A stretch of 64,000 nucleotides of DNA from a virus. The stretch is taken from positions 27,573 to 91,572 of IMG/VR virus record IMGVR_UViG_3300046703_000100. One strand, written 5' to 3'. The notes beneath the pieces are model-generated. The model was not told where the DNA came from, did not search any database, and saw nothing but the letters and a program-made list of their open reading frames with translations. The position numbers and the translations under genes were made by a program. Of the stretch, positions 1 through 9,592 are shown piece after piece (the stretch's first letter is position 1; every line of letters starts with the position of its first letter).

Positions 1-153
1 ATGGAAATATGTTCTGGAAGATTTACGAATGAACCACATGAAGAAATTTGTTATGAAGGTAAAAAATGTCCTTTATGCGAAACAATGCAAGAGGTAGTAA
101 AGTTACAGAAAACAATAGAGAATTTGGAAGATAGTTTAAAACAATACGAATAA
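1..153 (+). CDS. small hypothetical protein with a CxxC motif (50 aa, may start before the window)
   Basis: Read by hand: MEICSGRFTNEPHEEICYEGKKCPLCET...KQYE*; its stop overlaps the AAGGAGA RBS of the next gene. Confidence 0.45.
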   Translation: MEICSGRFTNEPHEEICYEGKKCPLCETMQEVVKLQKTIENLEDSLKQYE

Positions 154-161
154 GGAGACAT

Positions 162-368
162 ATGAAATTTAAAAGTTATTGCGATTGTAAGTTTCACATG
201 ATGGAAGTTGATACTACTCCGATATATGGAGAAGATTATATAGGAATAACAATATATAATCATATATCAGAAAACACAGGAAAATTATTAAAGAAACCTA
301 TTGAATTAGGTACAGTGGTTTTGATTGGTAAAGAAGCCAGAAAATTTAAAAAAGAGATAATGAAATGA
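162..368 (+). CDS. hypothetical protein
   Basis: ORF track; AAGGAGA RBS upstream. Confidence 0.55.
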   Translation: MKFKSYCDCKFHMMEVDTTPIYGEDYIGITIYNHISENTGKLLKKPIELGTVVLIGKEARKFKKEIMK

Positions 369-494
369 AAAAGAAAAAATTATTTAAAACTAAATGTAAT
401 TATTGTGGATGTCCTATTATAGAATGTCCAGAAAAAGAAGGTGTTATAAGAATTTTCGATATATGGTATAAAATAAATAAAAAGGAGATACAAA

Positions 495-944
495 ATGAGA
501 ATATTAGAAATCGAACAAGCGTTTAAAGATGAAGCGAAATTGAACACAGTATTAGAATTATGTAAGGAAGACATCGAATTGGTAGATTATTATGCCAGAG
601 ATATTCTGAAATCAAAATTGGCTAATAATGCCGAAGAAGCAAAGTCCGCAGTACTTGTTCTTGCTGGAGTATATTCGAATCTTACCACAGTTTTGTCAGT
701 AGCTATGACAGAAAAAAAGAATAGAGAAATTAGAGAATATAACAGAATTCGAATTGAAGCAGAAAATGCAGAGAAAAAATTTACTTCTGCTATTGGCGAA
801 GTACAAGCAAGCGAGTTTGTTGCTTCTTATAGACGTATTAGAAATATTATAGAGGGATATTGTAATGGTTGTGAAAAACAAATTTCTGCTTTACAGTCCA
901 CAATTAAAAATGAAAAAAGGACTTATAATGCCCCGACAGAATAA
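495..944 (+). CDS. helical protein, possibly a UvsY-like recombination mediator
   Basis: AAAGGAGA RBS; ~150 aa all-helical with K-x-T...E...Y and a C-terminal ISALQS, reminiscent of UvsY-like proteins; lies in the replication/recombination block. The function call is weak. Confidence 0.4.
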   Translation: MRILEIEQAFKDEAKLNTVLELCKEDIELVDYYARDILKSKLANNAEEAKSAVLVLAGVYSNLTTVLSVAMTEKKNREIREYNRIRIEAENAEKKFTSAIGEVQASEFVASYRRIRNIIEGYCNGCEKQISALQSTIKNEKRTYNAPTE

Positions 945-1098
945 AAAAGAAGAATGTTTTTTTTATATGAGAGGTAAATGTGCCAGAGATGAAGAGAATC
1001 CTATTGCTATAATACCTTGTACAAAGAAATGTAAGTTTTTTCTTTCATGGGAACATATGTTGAATGGTTTATCAGAAAAGGATTATGATGCGAATTAA
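928..1098 (+). CDS. small Cys-rich hypothetical protein
   Basis: ORF 865..1098; likelier start is the ATG at 928 after AAAGGA. Confidence 0.45.
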   Translation: MPRQNKKEECFFYMRGKCARDEENPIAIIPCTKKCKFFLSWEHMLNGLSEKDYDAN

Positions 1099-4000
1099 TA
1101 ACTTATTTTCAGAACATAAAGACCTTTACGTATTTTATCGTGATGATTTATGTAATTTAAAGATTACAAAATTCACTGGTTTTTTCCCATATTTCTATGA
1201 ACCAGACCCTTCTGGAAATTTTGAATCTTTTAAAGGTGAAAAACTTCGTAAAATAATTATATCAAATCCTTCAGAAATTCGAAAACAAGCAAGTACAAAA
1301 GCTTTTGAATCAGATATATTATTTGTAAAAAGATTTATGATAGATAAAGTAGATGTTATCGAACCTGCTCCTATTAAATACTGTTTCATAGATATTGAAA
1401 CTCTTTCTCCCGAAATGCCAAATGTACAAGAAGCCAAATATCCAATTTCTTGTATTTCGATTTATAATTCATTATCTAAAGAAATTAAAACTTTCTATCT
1501 ACCAGATTATGAATCAGAATACATGATGTTGGTTGCCTTTACAACATATATGAAAAAAGAAAAGTTTGATATATGGTTTTCATGGAATGTAAAGTTCGAC
1601 TATAATTATTTATACAATCGCACTCTGTCGATATTCGATTTAGAAGGAATAAAAAACGCAGACTTGGCAGAATGTATAAGTCCAATAGATAAAAGTAGAT
1701 ATGGAGACGGAGAAGTAAAATATCCGGCAGGTACTTCGGTTGTAGATTATCTTGAATGGTTTAAAATAATTACATTAAAAAGAGAGAAAATGTATACTCT
1801 CGATTATATTGCACAGAAATTTTTAAAAGTTCCTCCAAAGGAAAAAGTAGATTTTAGTAAATTATCACCAAAATTAAAACAACATAATATTGATGATATA
1901 AAACTACTCGTAGGATTGGAAGAACTAATGCATTTAGTATCCTATTACGACGAAATTAGACGAATTACACAAGTTGAGTGGGAAGATTTTATATATAATA
2001 GTAGAAGTATTGATATGCTTATTTTAAAAGAAGCTAAACGAAGAAATATAGTATTGCCAAATAGACCTTCTGGAGAAGGAGATGAAGAGATTTTCGAGGG
2101 AGCCTTTAGAGAGATATACGAGACTGGTCGTCTGGAGAACGTTGGTAAGGCAGATTTAGGTTGTTATTCAGAAGATACTGATATTTTAACTATAGAAGGA
2201 TTTAAAAAATATAACGAATTAAAAATAGGAGAATCGGTAGCATCTTTTAATACAAAAATCAATAAAATCGAGTTTCAACCTATCCTTCATTTAAATATAC
2301 AAAATGTAAAAAACCTACCTATGATAAATCTGAAAAACTCTTATTCAACAGACCAACTTTTAACTTTAAATCATAAAGTTTTATTTAAAACTTCTTCAAA
2401 AAATCATAAAACGATAGAAAATACGACAAATGATTGGGAAATTTGTTACGCAAAAGATTTTCGAATTTCTCATTCTTTATTACCATTAACCGCTGAAATG
2501 AAAGATAAAGAGAATTATCCAATTTCTGATGATATAATAAAAATACATGCTTGGATTATAACAGAGGGTTATGCATCAGGTAAAAATAAAGATATTTATC
2601 ATATTAGTCAGAGCGAATCAATTAATCCTTTATTTTGTAAAGAAATTGATGAATCTTTCAAAAACCTAAATTGGAATGTAACTCGTTATGCAAGAATACG
2701 AAAAAATAATAGAATAGAAGTAGAATGGAATTTGAAATGGCTTTGGTCTACTTATATCGAGTTAGAAGAAAATTACAAAGCGATTCCTTTATGGATGCTC
2801 CAAAAATTATCAAAAAGACAATTAACCGTTTTATACGATACTTTAATGAAAGGGGATGGAGATAAAAAACGATATTGTTATTATGCTATTGACAAACTTG
2901 CTAAAGAAAGATTTCAATATTTATGTGCATTACTTGGAAAAGCTTCTTATCAAAATAATAGAAAAGAAGTTTATTGTAAACCTAATAAATTTACAAGTCT
3001 TGAATCTGCAAATTTTAAAACTCAACATAAAATTATAAATTATTCAGGTGTAGTATGGTGTCCTACAATTGCAAATGGATTTGTTTTAGTAAGAAGAAAA
3101 GGAAAGATATTTATTTCAGGAAATTCAGCCTATCCTTATGCTATTATAGAATTTTGTCTTGACCCTGCAAATGTAGTACAAGATAGCGGAGAAAATATTA
3201 TACAGGTAGGAGACAATTATTTTAAACAAGATTCTAAAGCACTTATACCAACTATTATTAAAAAATTACTTGTTTTAAAAGCCACAATTAAAAAAGAATT
3301 ATCAGAATGTTCAGTAGACGACCCAAACCACAAAAATATTAAATTAAAATACGATGCTATAAAATCATTATGTAATACCGCATATGGAGTTACCGCTTTG
3401 AAGTTTTTTAGATTGTTTGATGTGCGTGTTGCATCGGCTACAACCTTCGTTGTACGTTCTTTACTACATTATATTAAAGATAAATTAGATGGTTCTGGAC
3501 ATCCGGTAGTTTATATAGATACAGATGGTGTATTTTATAAGAACCCTTCGACAGAAATAAATACAAAATTAAACGAATGGATTCAACAATGGGTAAAAGA
3601 AACTTTTAAAAAAGAAAGTGTGCAAATTTCGTTTGATTTTGAAGGTGTATACGAAAGTATTCTTTTATTGGCAAAATGTAGATACGTAGGAAGATTAAGA
3701 AAAAATAATGGAGAACTTGAAATAGAAACAAAAGGTATTGAAGCAAAAAGAAAAGATTCTACCAAATATATGAGCAATTTTCAAAAGATATTAATAGATA
3801 AGATTTTAGACAACGAACCTAAAGAAAAAATATATGATTGGATAAAAGAAGAAATTAAAAATTTCCCAAAACAAAATATTATAGATATATCATTTCCTTG
3901 TAAAATGGCAAAATCAAAAATAGAATATAAGTCAGTTCCCATCTTCTCCAGAGCTTTAGATAATACTCCGGAATTTAAGACAAGGGTAGGAGATAATTTC

Positions 4001-4573
4001 TACTATATTTATATGGAAGGTCTGGATGAAACAAAAAAAGATAAGGTTCTTGCTTTTGATGAATATAGATATGAACATATAAACAGAGAAGAAGTCGATT
4101 GGCAGAGGATGTTGGAAAGAAACATAGTTGCAAAAATAGACGTAATCTTTACAGCTCTAAAATGGAACTTAACGGACATTTACGTAGCTCCGCCGACTTC
4201 AAAGATATGTGATAAATGCCTAAAAGACAAGTCGTTTTGTCGATTCCCATTAACCGGAAATACCTGCAAGGCGTGTATTACTCTCATAGAGAAGGCAAAT
4301 AAGCCAAAGAGGGTCAAAAAGACCATAGAATCCTCTATTAGCGACACCCTGCCGAGCGATAAGGCGGATAAGGTAGGTCAGGATACCCCCGATTTGACAG
4401 GAAATACCCCTATTTTAACACAAAGTACTGATAATAAAGGGGTTAAGATGGACAAAATCGATGACAAAGACCTCGTTACAGGCACTCCGGTCAAGTCCTT
4501 AAAAAAGAGGGGTAGACCACGAAAAATCAAGAAACCAGAAGACCTTAATTATGGGAAAGTAAAAAATGCATAG
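1085..4573 (+). CDS. polB: DNA polymerase family B with 3'-5' exonuclease, an intein and a C-terminal Zn-finger/AT-hook tail
   Basis: Exo motifs FIDIET, WNVKFD and HNIDD; motif A DLG[intein]SAYP; motif B KSLCNTAYG; motif C YIDTDG; KGIEAKRKD. Confidence 0.95.
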   Translation: MMRINNLFSEHKDLYVFYRDDLCNLKITKFTGFFPYFYEPDPSGNFESFKGEKLRKIIISNPSEIRKQASTKAFESDILFVKRFMIDKVDVIEPAPIKYCFIDIETLSPEMPNVQEAKYPISCISIYNSLSKEIKTFYLPDYESEYMMLVAFTTYMKKEKFDIWFSWNVKFDYNYLYNRTLSIFDLEGIKNADLAECISPIDKSRYGDGEVKYPAGTSVVDYLEWFKIITLKREKMYTLDYIAQKFLKVPPKEKVDFSKLSPKLKQHNIDDIKLLVGLEELMHLVSYYDEIRRITQVEWEDFIYNSRSIDMLILKEAKRRNIVLPNRPSGEGDEEIFEGAFREIYETGRLENVGKADLGCYSEDTDILTIEGFKKYNELKIGESVASFNTKINKIEFQPILHLNIQNVKNLPMINLKNSYSTDQLLTLNHKVLFKTSSKNHKTIENTTNDWEICYAKDFRISHSLLPLTAEMKDKENYPISDDIIKIHAWIITEGYASGKNKDIYHISQSESINPLFCKEIDESFKNLNWNVTRYARIRKNNRIEVEWNLKWLWSTYIELEENYKAIPLWMLQKLSKRQLTVLYDTLMKGDGDKKRYCYYAIDKLAKERFQYLCALLGKASYQNNRKEVYCKPNKFTSLESANFKTQHKIINYSGVVWCPTIANGFVLVRRKGKIFISGNSAYPYAIIEFCLDPANVVQDSGENIIQVGDNYFKQDSKALIPTIIKKLLVLKATIKKELSECSVDDPNHKNIKLKYDAIKSLCNTAYGVTALKFFRLFDVRVASATTFVVRSLLHYIKDKLDGSGHPVVYIDTDGVFYKNPSTEINTKLNEWIQQWVKETFKKESVQISFDFEGVYESILLLAKCRYVGRLRKNNGELEIETKGIEAKRKDSTKYMSNFQKILIDKILDNEPKEKIYDWIKEEIKNFPKQNIIDISFPCKMAKSKIEYKSVPIFSRALDNTPEFKTRVGDNFYYIYMEGLDETKKDKVLAFDEYRYEHINREEVDWQRMLERNIVAKIDVIFTALKWNLTDIYVAPPTSKICDKCLKDKSFCRFPLTGNTCKACITLIEKANKPKRVKKTIESSISDTLPSDKADKVGQDTPDLTGNTPILTQSTDNKGVKMDKIDDKDLVTGTPVKSLKKRGRPRKIKKPEDLNYGKVKNA
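2162..3124 (+). mobile_element. intein (321 aa) with a LAGLIDADG-type homing endonuclease, inserted in PolB motif A
   Basis: Begins CYSEDTDILT, block B LTLNHKV, LAGLIDADG-like AWIITEG and TLMKGDG, ends GKIFISGN followed by Ser; removal restores DLG-SAYP. Confidence 0.93.
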
Positions 4574-5060
4574 CGGAGATATAGAAATAGCATTAGCAAA
4601 TCATTTAGGTACTAATTGTAATTTAATAGTTCCTAATATTTCTTATGGATTGGGTTTTCATTATGAATTAGATTTATTAGTAGTAACAAAAAGCGGATAT
4701 GCGGATGAGATAGAAATTAAGATTTCTAAATCTGATTTAAAAGCAGATGCGAAGAAAGAACATGGTCATCACAGTGAGAAGATTAAAAGATTATATTTTG
4801 CAGTACCAAAATTTATGGAAGAATATGCTTTAAAGAATATTCCTAAAAGAGCAGGGTTGTTTATAATAAATGAAAAGAACGGTTTTATATATGTTACTTG
4901 TGTAAAAGTAGCAGACCGAAACAAAACAGCAAGAAAGTTAAACGAAAAAGAAATTAATCATCTTTATGAACTTGTGGCTTTAAGAATGTGGTCGTTAAAA
5001 CGAGCATTATATAGTTTACAAAGAAGAAATAAGTCCGAGAACGAAGCAGTAAAATTCTAA
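4566..5060 (+). CDS. MmcB-like PD-(D/E)XK nuclease
   Basis: ELDLLVV...EIEIKISKSDLKAD.KK and LYFAVP...P..AGL pattern. Confidence 0.7.
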   Translation: MHSGDIEIALANHLGTNCNLIVPNISYGLGFHYELDLLVVTKSGYADEIEIKISKSDLKADAKKEHGHHSEKIKRLYFAVPKFMEEYALKNIPKRAGLFIINEKNGFIYVTCVKVADRNKTARKLNEKEINHLYELVALRMWSLKRALYSLQRRNKSENEAVKF

Positions 5061-5078
5061 AGAAAGGAGGATTATACC

Positions 5079-5300
5079 ATGATAAGGTCTGAACATGCGA
5101 AGGATGATTTCACAGTTCTGGAGACCAAAATTAAGGAAGGCAAGGTTGAAATAGCCGATGTAGCGAAGGTTGTTTTGACGCTCGGTAAGCTCCTTCTTTC
5201 TATTAGGTCAAATCAGATAGCTTCAATGAAAGCGTCTGGTGTAGAATTACAGAAGCCGAGAGTTACAACCGATGCGAAAGCACCGGAGAAAAAGGCGTAA
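5079..5300 (+). CDS. small hypothetical protein, probably highly expressed
   Basis: Strong AAGGAGG RBS; GC-richer codon usage like the capsid gene; followed by a hairpin. Confidence 0.7.
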   Translation: MIRSEHAKDDFTVLETKIKEGKVEIADVAKVVLTLGKLLLSIRSNQIASMKASGVELQKPRVTTDAKAPEKKA

Positions 5301-5324
5301 GAAATTACATCAATCAGTGTAATA

Positions 5325-5354
5325 AAAAAGAGAGGGGTATATCCCCTCTCCCAA
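5325..5354 (+). terminator. GC-rich stem-loop downstream of ORF 5079 (terminator or mRNA stabiliser)
   Basis: AAAAA GAGAGGGG TATAT CCCCTCTC CCAA. Confidence 0.6.
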
Positions 5355-5399
5355 GTTTTTTAAAGACATGTTAAGTAGGAAAAAGTAAGCACAAAATAC

Positions 5400-5428
5400 T
5401 TGTAATCTATAATCAAATATGTTATACT
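5400..5428 (+). promoter_or_regulatory. sigma70-like promoter, phage-conserved family
   Basis: TTGTAA-17 nt-TATACT with extended TGn; shares ATCTA and ATATG with promoters at 33793, 56430 and 57686. Confidence 0.7.
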
Positions 5429-5455
5429 TATAGTGTAGATAGAAAGAGAGATAAA

Positions 5456-5734
5456 ATGAAGAAGAATAAAGGCAGAAAATTTGAAGAGGAATGTCAGAAG
5501 ACAATTAATAGTGGTGCTTTTTTTAAAGACCACGATTTATCTACTGACCAATATTGTGTGGAATGTAAGTTTACCGAAAAAAAAGGATTTAAAATTACCA
5601 CCGCAATTTTAGATAAATTATGGGAAGATGCTTTTTCAGCAAATAAATTACCATTACTTTTGGTAGGAATTAAAGATAGAAATATACAATATAATTTACG
5701 AATAACAATTAACAAGGAGATAAAAAATGGGTAA
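5456..5734 (+). CDS. Holliday junction resolvase (Hjc-like PD-(D/E)XK)
   Basis: KGRKFEEE...SGA...D...VECKFT pattern, ~90 aa. Confidence 0.75.
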   Translation: MKKNKGRKFEEECQKTINSGAFFKDHDLSTDQYCVECKFTEKKGFKITTAILDKLWEDAFSANKLPLLLVGIKDRNIQYNLRITINKEIKNG

Positions 5735-6869
5735 AATACATTGGAATGGAGATAAAGTACAATTATTGCTTAATTATTTAAATCAAAGTTTAAAAGTAAG
5801 CGATATTGCTATAAAAATGAATGAAACAGATGATAGTATAGACCATGCTATTCGACGTTATCATCTTCGTAAAAATATTACAAATAATTCTGAAGAAAAT
5901 GTATCTCCTACTTGTAAAATTAAGAAAACTGATATAGATGAACTTTCTCGACAACTTGGTGAAAAAATGTATGAAGGTTATAAATCTTTAAAATTAATAG
6001 AACCAAAAGTATACGAAAGTAAAGGAAAGAGAGAAGAAGTATCTATATTAACATTAAGTGATTGTCATATAGGCACATATAACACTGTTTTTGATAAAAA
6101 TTCAGGACAAAAATTAGTTACTTATAACGAAAAAATTTTTGAACAAGAATTACAAACACTTCAAGATTCTATTATAGAAATTCATAATATATTAAGTCAT
6201 TCTTATTCGTTAAAGAAATTGGTGATTTTTGTATTGGGAGATATTCTTACAAATGATAGAATATTTGAAGGACAACAATGGGAAATTGAAAAGACCGTAG
6301 GACTTCAATTATGGGATGGAGTAAATTATTTTACGAAGTTTTTTAATAATCTTTTAAAAGTTTATGATACAATCGAAGTGGTCGGAGTAGTCGGAAATCA
6401 TGGTAGAAGTCAACCACTTAAAGATTCAGACGATGAACCAGTTGAATCAAATTTCGAATATCATCTTTATCGTATTTGGCAAAAACAATTTGAAAACAGT
6501 AAAAGAATAAAAGTTATTGTTCCAAATACTCGTAGATATATTTATAATGTAAATGGTTGGAATCATATGATTGAACACGGAGATGCTATTAAAGGTATGT
6601 CAGAACAAGCACAAATAAAACAGATTAAAGACCTATATGTAAATACAGGAGTATTTGATGTATTTCAGATGGGTCATGTGCATAGCATTAAAGAAATAGA
6701 AGTATCTGATAAAATAATCGCAAAAATAAATGGAGCATGGATAGAAAAAGATAATTACGCTTATCGTAAATTTAAGACATATTCTATTCCGAAACAATGG
6801 TTTTTTGGATGTTCAAAATCTCGACCTGAAACATGGTCGTATAAGTTGGATTTAAGGAAAACAAAATAA
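5727..6869 (+). CDS. calcineurin-like metallophosphoesterase with an N-terminal HTH
   Basis: LSDCHIG, LGDILTND, GNHGR, EHGD, GHVH motifs; N-terminal HTH-like segment W...LL..L...DIA..M. Confidence 0.85.
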   Translation: MGKIHWNGDKVQLLLNYLNQSLKVSDIAIKMNETDDSIDHAIRRYHLRKNITNNSEENVSPTCKIKKTDIDELSRQLGEKMYEGYKSLKLIEPKVYESKGKREEVSILTLSDCHIGTYNTVFDKNSGQKLVTYNEKIFEQELQTLQDSIIEIHNILSHSYSLKKLVIFVLGDILTNDRIFEGQQWEIEKTVGLQLWDGVNYFTKFFNNLLKVYDTIEVVGVVGNHGRSQPLKDSDDEPVESNFEYHLYRIWQKQFENSKRIKVIVPNTRRYIYNVNGWNHMIEHGDAIKGMSEQAQIKQIKDLYVNTGVFDVFQMGHVHSIKEIEVSDKIIAKINGAWIEKDNYAYRKFKTYSIPKQWFFGCSKSRPETWSYKLDLRKTK

Positions 6870-7002
6870 TGATACCAGATTACATTTATATTCTTTGTAT
6901 TTATTGTCATAGTAAAATTTTACAAATCTCTAAAGAATTAGAAGGTATTGTTTGTGATTGTGGAAACCATATAAAAAATCCATATTATAAGGAGGAAAAT
7001 AT

Positions 7003-7284
7003 ATGAAAGGTGTGAGATTCGAAAAAGTTGATGACAATACTCTTAGAGTTATAATAGAAAAACCAGATGATGTACAAATTGAGAAGTTAATAGAAAATAG
7101 AGCAAAAGTATTAGAAAGTATAGAAGCAGAACAGAAAAGTCTTGATACTCATGAAGCAGAAACACAACAAAGAGCAAGTATAGAAGCACAGAAAAAAATA
7201 ATAGCAAACATCGACGAAATGCTTAAATATTGTAAGCTCAATGGTATTGTTCCTAAACCTAATGAAATCGCAAAGAAAGAATAA
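7003..7284 (+). CDS. hypothetical coiled-coil protein
   Basis: ORF track; AAGGAGG RBS. Confidence 0.65.
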   Translation: MKGVRFEKVDDNTLRVIIEKPDDVQIEKLIENRAKVLESIEAEQKSLDTHEAETQQRASIEAQKKIIANIDEMLKYCKLNGIVPKPNEIAKKE

Positions 7285-7285
7285 T

Positions 7286-7456
7286 ATGAATTTCTGGAAG
7301 TATGTTTGGGTATCTATAGATGCAAGTAATCCTATTGATAGATTTTGGACTTTTATTGGTGGATTATTTGGTATGGGATTGATGATTTTAGCAATATTGA
7401 ATTTATTTGGAGGATTTGGTTATATTTTAGGAATGTTAATAGGAGTAATTAAATGA
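7286..7456 (+). CDS. small membrane protein
   Basis: Hydrophobic Gly-rich stretch; start MNFWK at 7286. Confidence 0.5.
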   Translation: MNFWKYVWVSIDASNPIDRFWTFIGGLFGMGLMILAILNLFGGFGYILGMLIGVIK

Positions 7457-8122
7457 TAACTTTAATACTTAGTCTTAGTATATTATTTACATTGTTTATT
7501 GCTTATATGCTTATTAAAAAAGGATATTTAAAATGATATGGAAATTAAGAAAAGATGATGTTTTGAAATTAACAGGAGAAATCTGTCATTATAAAGTTAC
7601 AGATATGTATGGATGTCATATAATTTTAGAAAATTGTTTAACCCATGAAAAGAAAGATATTTTTAATTCAGAACTTATCGATGGTACAGTAATAAGGTGA
7701 AAAGACTAATGAGCAGATATTATGAAGACCATTCTGACCAATTATCAGAAAAATTTAAAGACCAATATGATTGCGATAAAGGCGATTTTGTATTTTTTGC
7801 TGTAATTGCAATTATTATTTTAATATTATTTATTATAGGATAAATTTATGATATGTGAATTATGTAAAATAAAAGAAGCTACTATTCATTTGAAAAGTAC
7901 GAGAGATTTACTTGATATATGCAATTCTTGTTTGGAAGACCTTCAGACAAGTCTTGGTTATTATATTGCAGGAGAGGAAGTCGTTAAAGAAGAATATGAC
8001 CAAAGAACCCAAAATACATAAATGCAGAAAATGTAAAATGTTAGTATGTTGGCTTTGTGATTATTGTAAAAATATACAATGTTCTGAATGTTATTGCTTT
8101 GACTCTGAGAAAGAGAAATACG

Positions 8123-9004
8123 ATGTCTAAAACTTTAATTATAGGCGATTTACATATAAATGAAAGAGCAATAGAGGAAATAGAAACTATCTTTGACAAA
8201 GATATTTGTCCTATTGATGCAGACCGATTAATACAATTGGGAGATTATTATGATTCTAATTTTCCAAGTGCTTTAGAATTAAAATTCGGTACAAACTTGG
8301 CAAAACGATTGTCTTCAAAATACAGAGAAGTTATTATTCTTTCTGGTACAGGAACACACGACCTATGCAGAGGATATTCGGTAATAGAATATTTACAGGA
8401 AGTAAAAGGTGTACATGCTAATAAAGGCGATTTTATAGAAGGTGTAGACTTATTTTGCGGTCATTTTATGTTGTACGAGTCCGCACTTGCTTTTGGGTCA
8501 GCAAACATGGGGATTGGTGATTTGTCGAAGTATGACAAAGTTTTTCTCGGACACCAACATTCGCCCCAAACGCTTGTAAAAAATAATATATATCATCTTG
8601 GTTCAGTAAGATATTGCAGTTTTAATGAAGTAAATGATAAGAAACACGTCGTCCTTCTGGAAGATAGTAAGATGTCATTTATAGCATTAAAACACTGTAT
8701 TCCTATGTTAGATGTATCAGATGTGAGCCAATTGGAACAAATAGATGCCAGAACAAAGGTCAGAGTTATATTTAATTCTTTTGAAGATTATAAGAAGAAC
8801 GCTTCTTATGTTAATAAATTAGGTAAGAAGTTTTTTCAGTTTAAACTGAAATTAAATTTTGAAGAATCTAAAATAATAATCAATCAATCTAATAAATTAG
8901 ACACAAATATAAATAAAAGTAACATTATAAAAGATTATATAACAAAGATAGAAGATAAAGATGTCAGGCAAATGCTCGAACAACAATTTAAGGAGAACAT
9001 ATAA
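8123..9004 (+). CDS. Mre11/SbcD-like DNA repair nuclease (T4 gp47-like)
   Basis: IGDLH, LGDYYD, GHF, LGHQH, HLGS..Y.SFNE motifs; upstream of an SbcC-like ATPase; start taken at MSKTLIIGDLH. Confidence 0.85.
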   Translation: MSKTLIIGDLHINERAIEEIETIFDKDICPIDADRLIQLGDYYDSNFPSALELKFGTNLAKRLSSKYREVIILSGTGTHDLCRGYSVIEYLQEVKGVHANKGDFIEGVDLFCGHFMLYESALAFGSANMGIGDLSKYDKVFLGHQHSPQTLVKNNIYHLGSVRYCSFNEVNDKKHVVLLEDSKMSFIALKHCIPMLDVSDVSQLEQIDARTKVRVIFNSFEDYKKNASYVNKLGKKFFQFKLKLNFEESKIIINQSNKLDTNINKSNIIKDYITKIEDKDVRQMLEQQFKENI

Positions 9005-9291
9005 TGTATTGTTATTGTGGAAAAGAAATAAAATCTATTACAAGTAATACAGTTGTTTGGCAAAGATGTGCTTACAATGATAAAGGTAAAATAATATATG
9101 CTATTTGTATGCATGGTATAGTTTGTATTGATGAAAATAATGACATCCTAAATAAAATTGATATTTTAGAAGATTTAAAAATCTCTGTGCAAAATGAAAT
9201 AGTAGGATATGAACCTTGTGACAGAGAGAAGGATAGAATTGATGCTTTAGAAAAAGCTATTGAAATATTAAAAGAGGAGATAAAACAATGA
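9004..9291 (+). CDS. hypothetical protein
   Basis: ORF track; TAATG coupling to the upstream gene. Confidence 0.55.
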   Translation: MYCYCGKEIKSITSNTVVWQRCAYNDKGKIIYAICMHGIVCIDENNDILNKIDILEDLKISVQNEIVGYEPCDREKDRIDALEKAIEILKEEIKQ

Positions 9292-9592
9292 CACTTGAAT
9301 CTAAGATACGAAAAATATTAAAAGAAGGTTTAGTATCTCCAGTATTAAAACTTAAAGAAACACATCCTGACCATTATTTTACAGAAAAAGGATACGAAAC
9401 TTTATTATCTAATACTATAGAAGAGATTATGACATTATTAAGAAGGGGAGACTATGAATAACGATATTTATACATTTGGTAAATGCGAAGAATGTGGAGA
9501 AGATAAACCATTAAAAAATGATTTATGTAATAATTGTAATAATAAGAATTTTCCAGATATATTAAAAGATTTATTTAGAAAAAAGGACGACC

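Noticed and set aside
1064-5734. Archaeal virus, suggested by PolB, a pol-a-type intein and an Hjc-like resolvase
   Set aside because: Repeated -35/-10 sigma70 promoters and a tRNA with a 1:72 mismatch fit a bacterial host better; these genes also occur in bacteriophages
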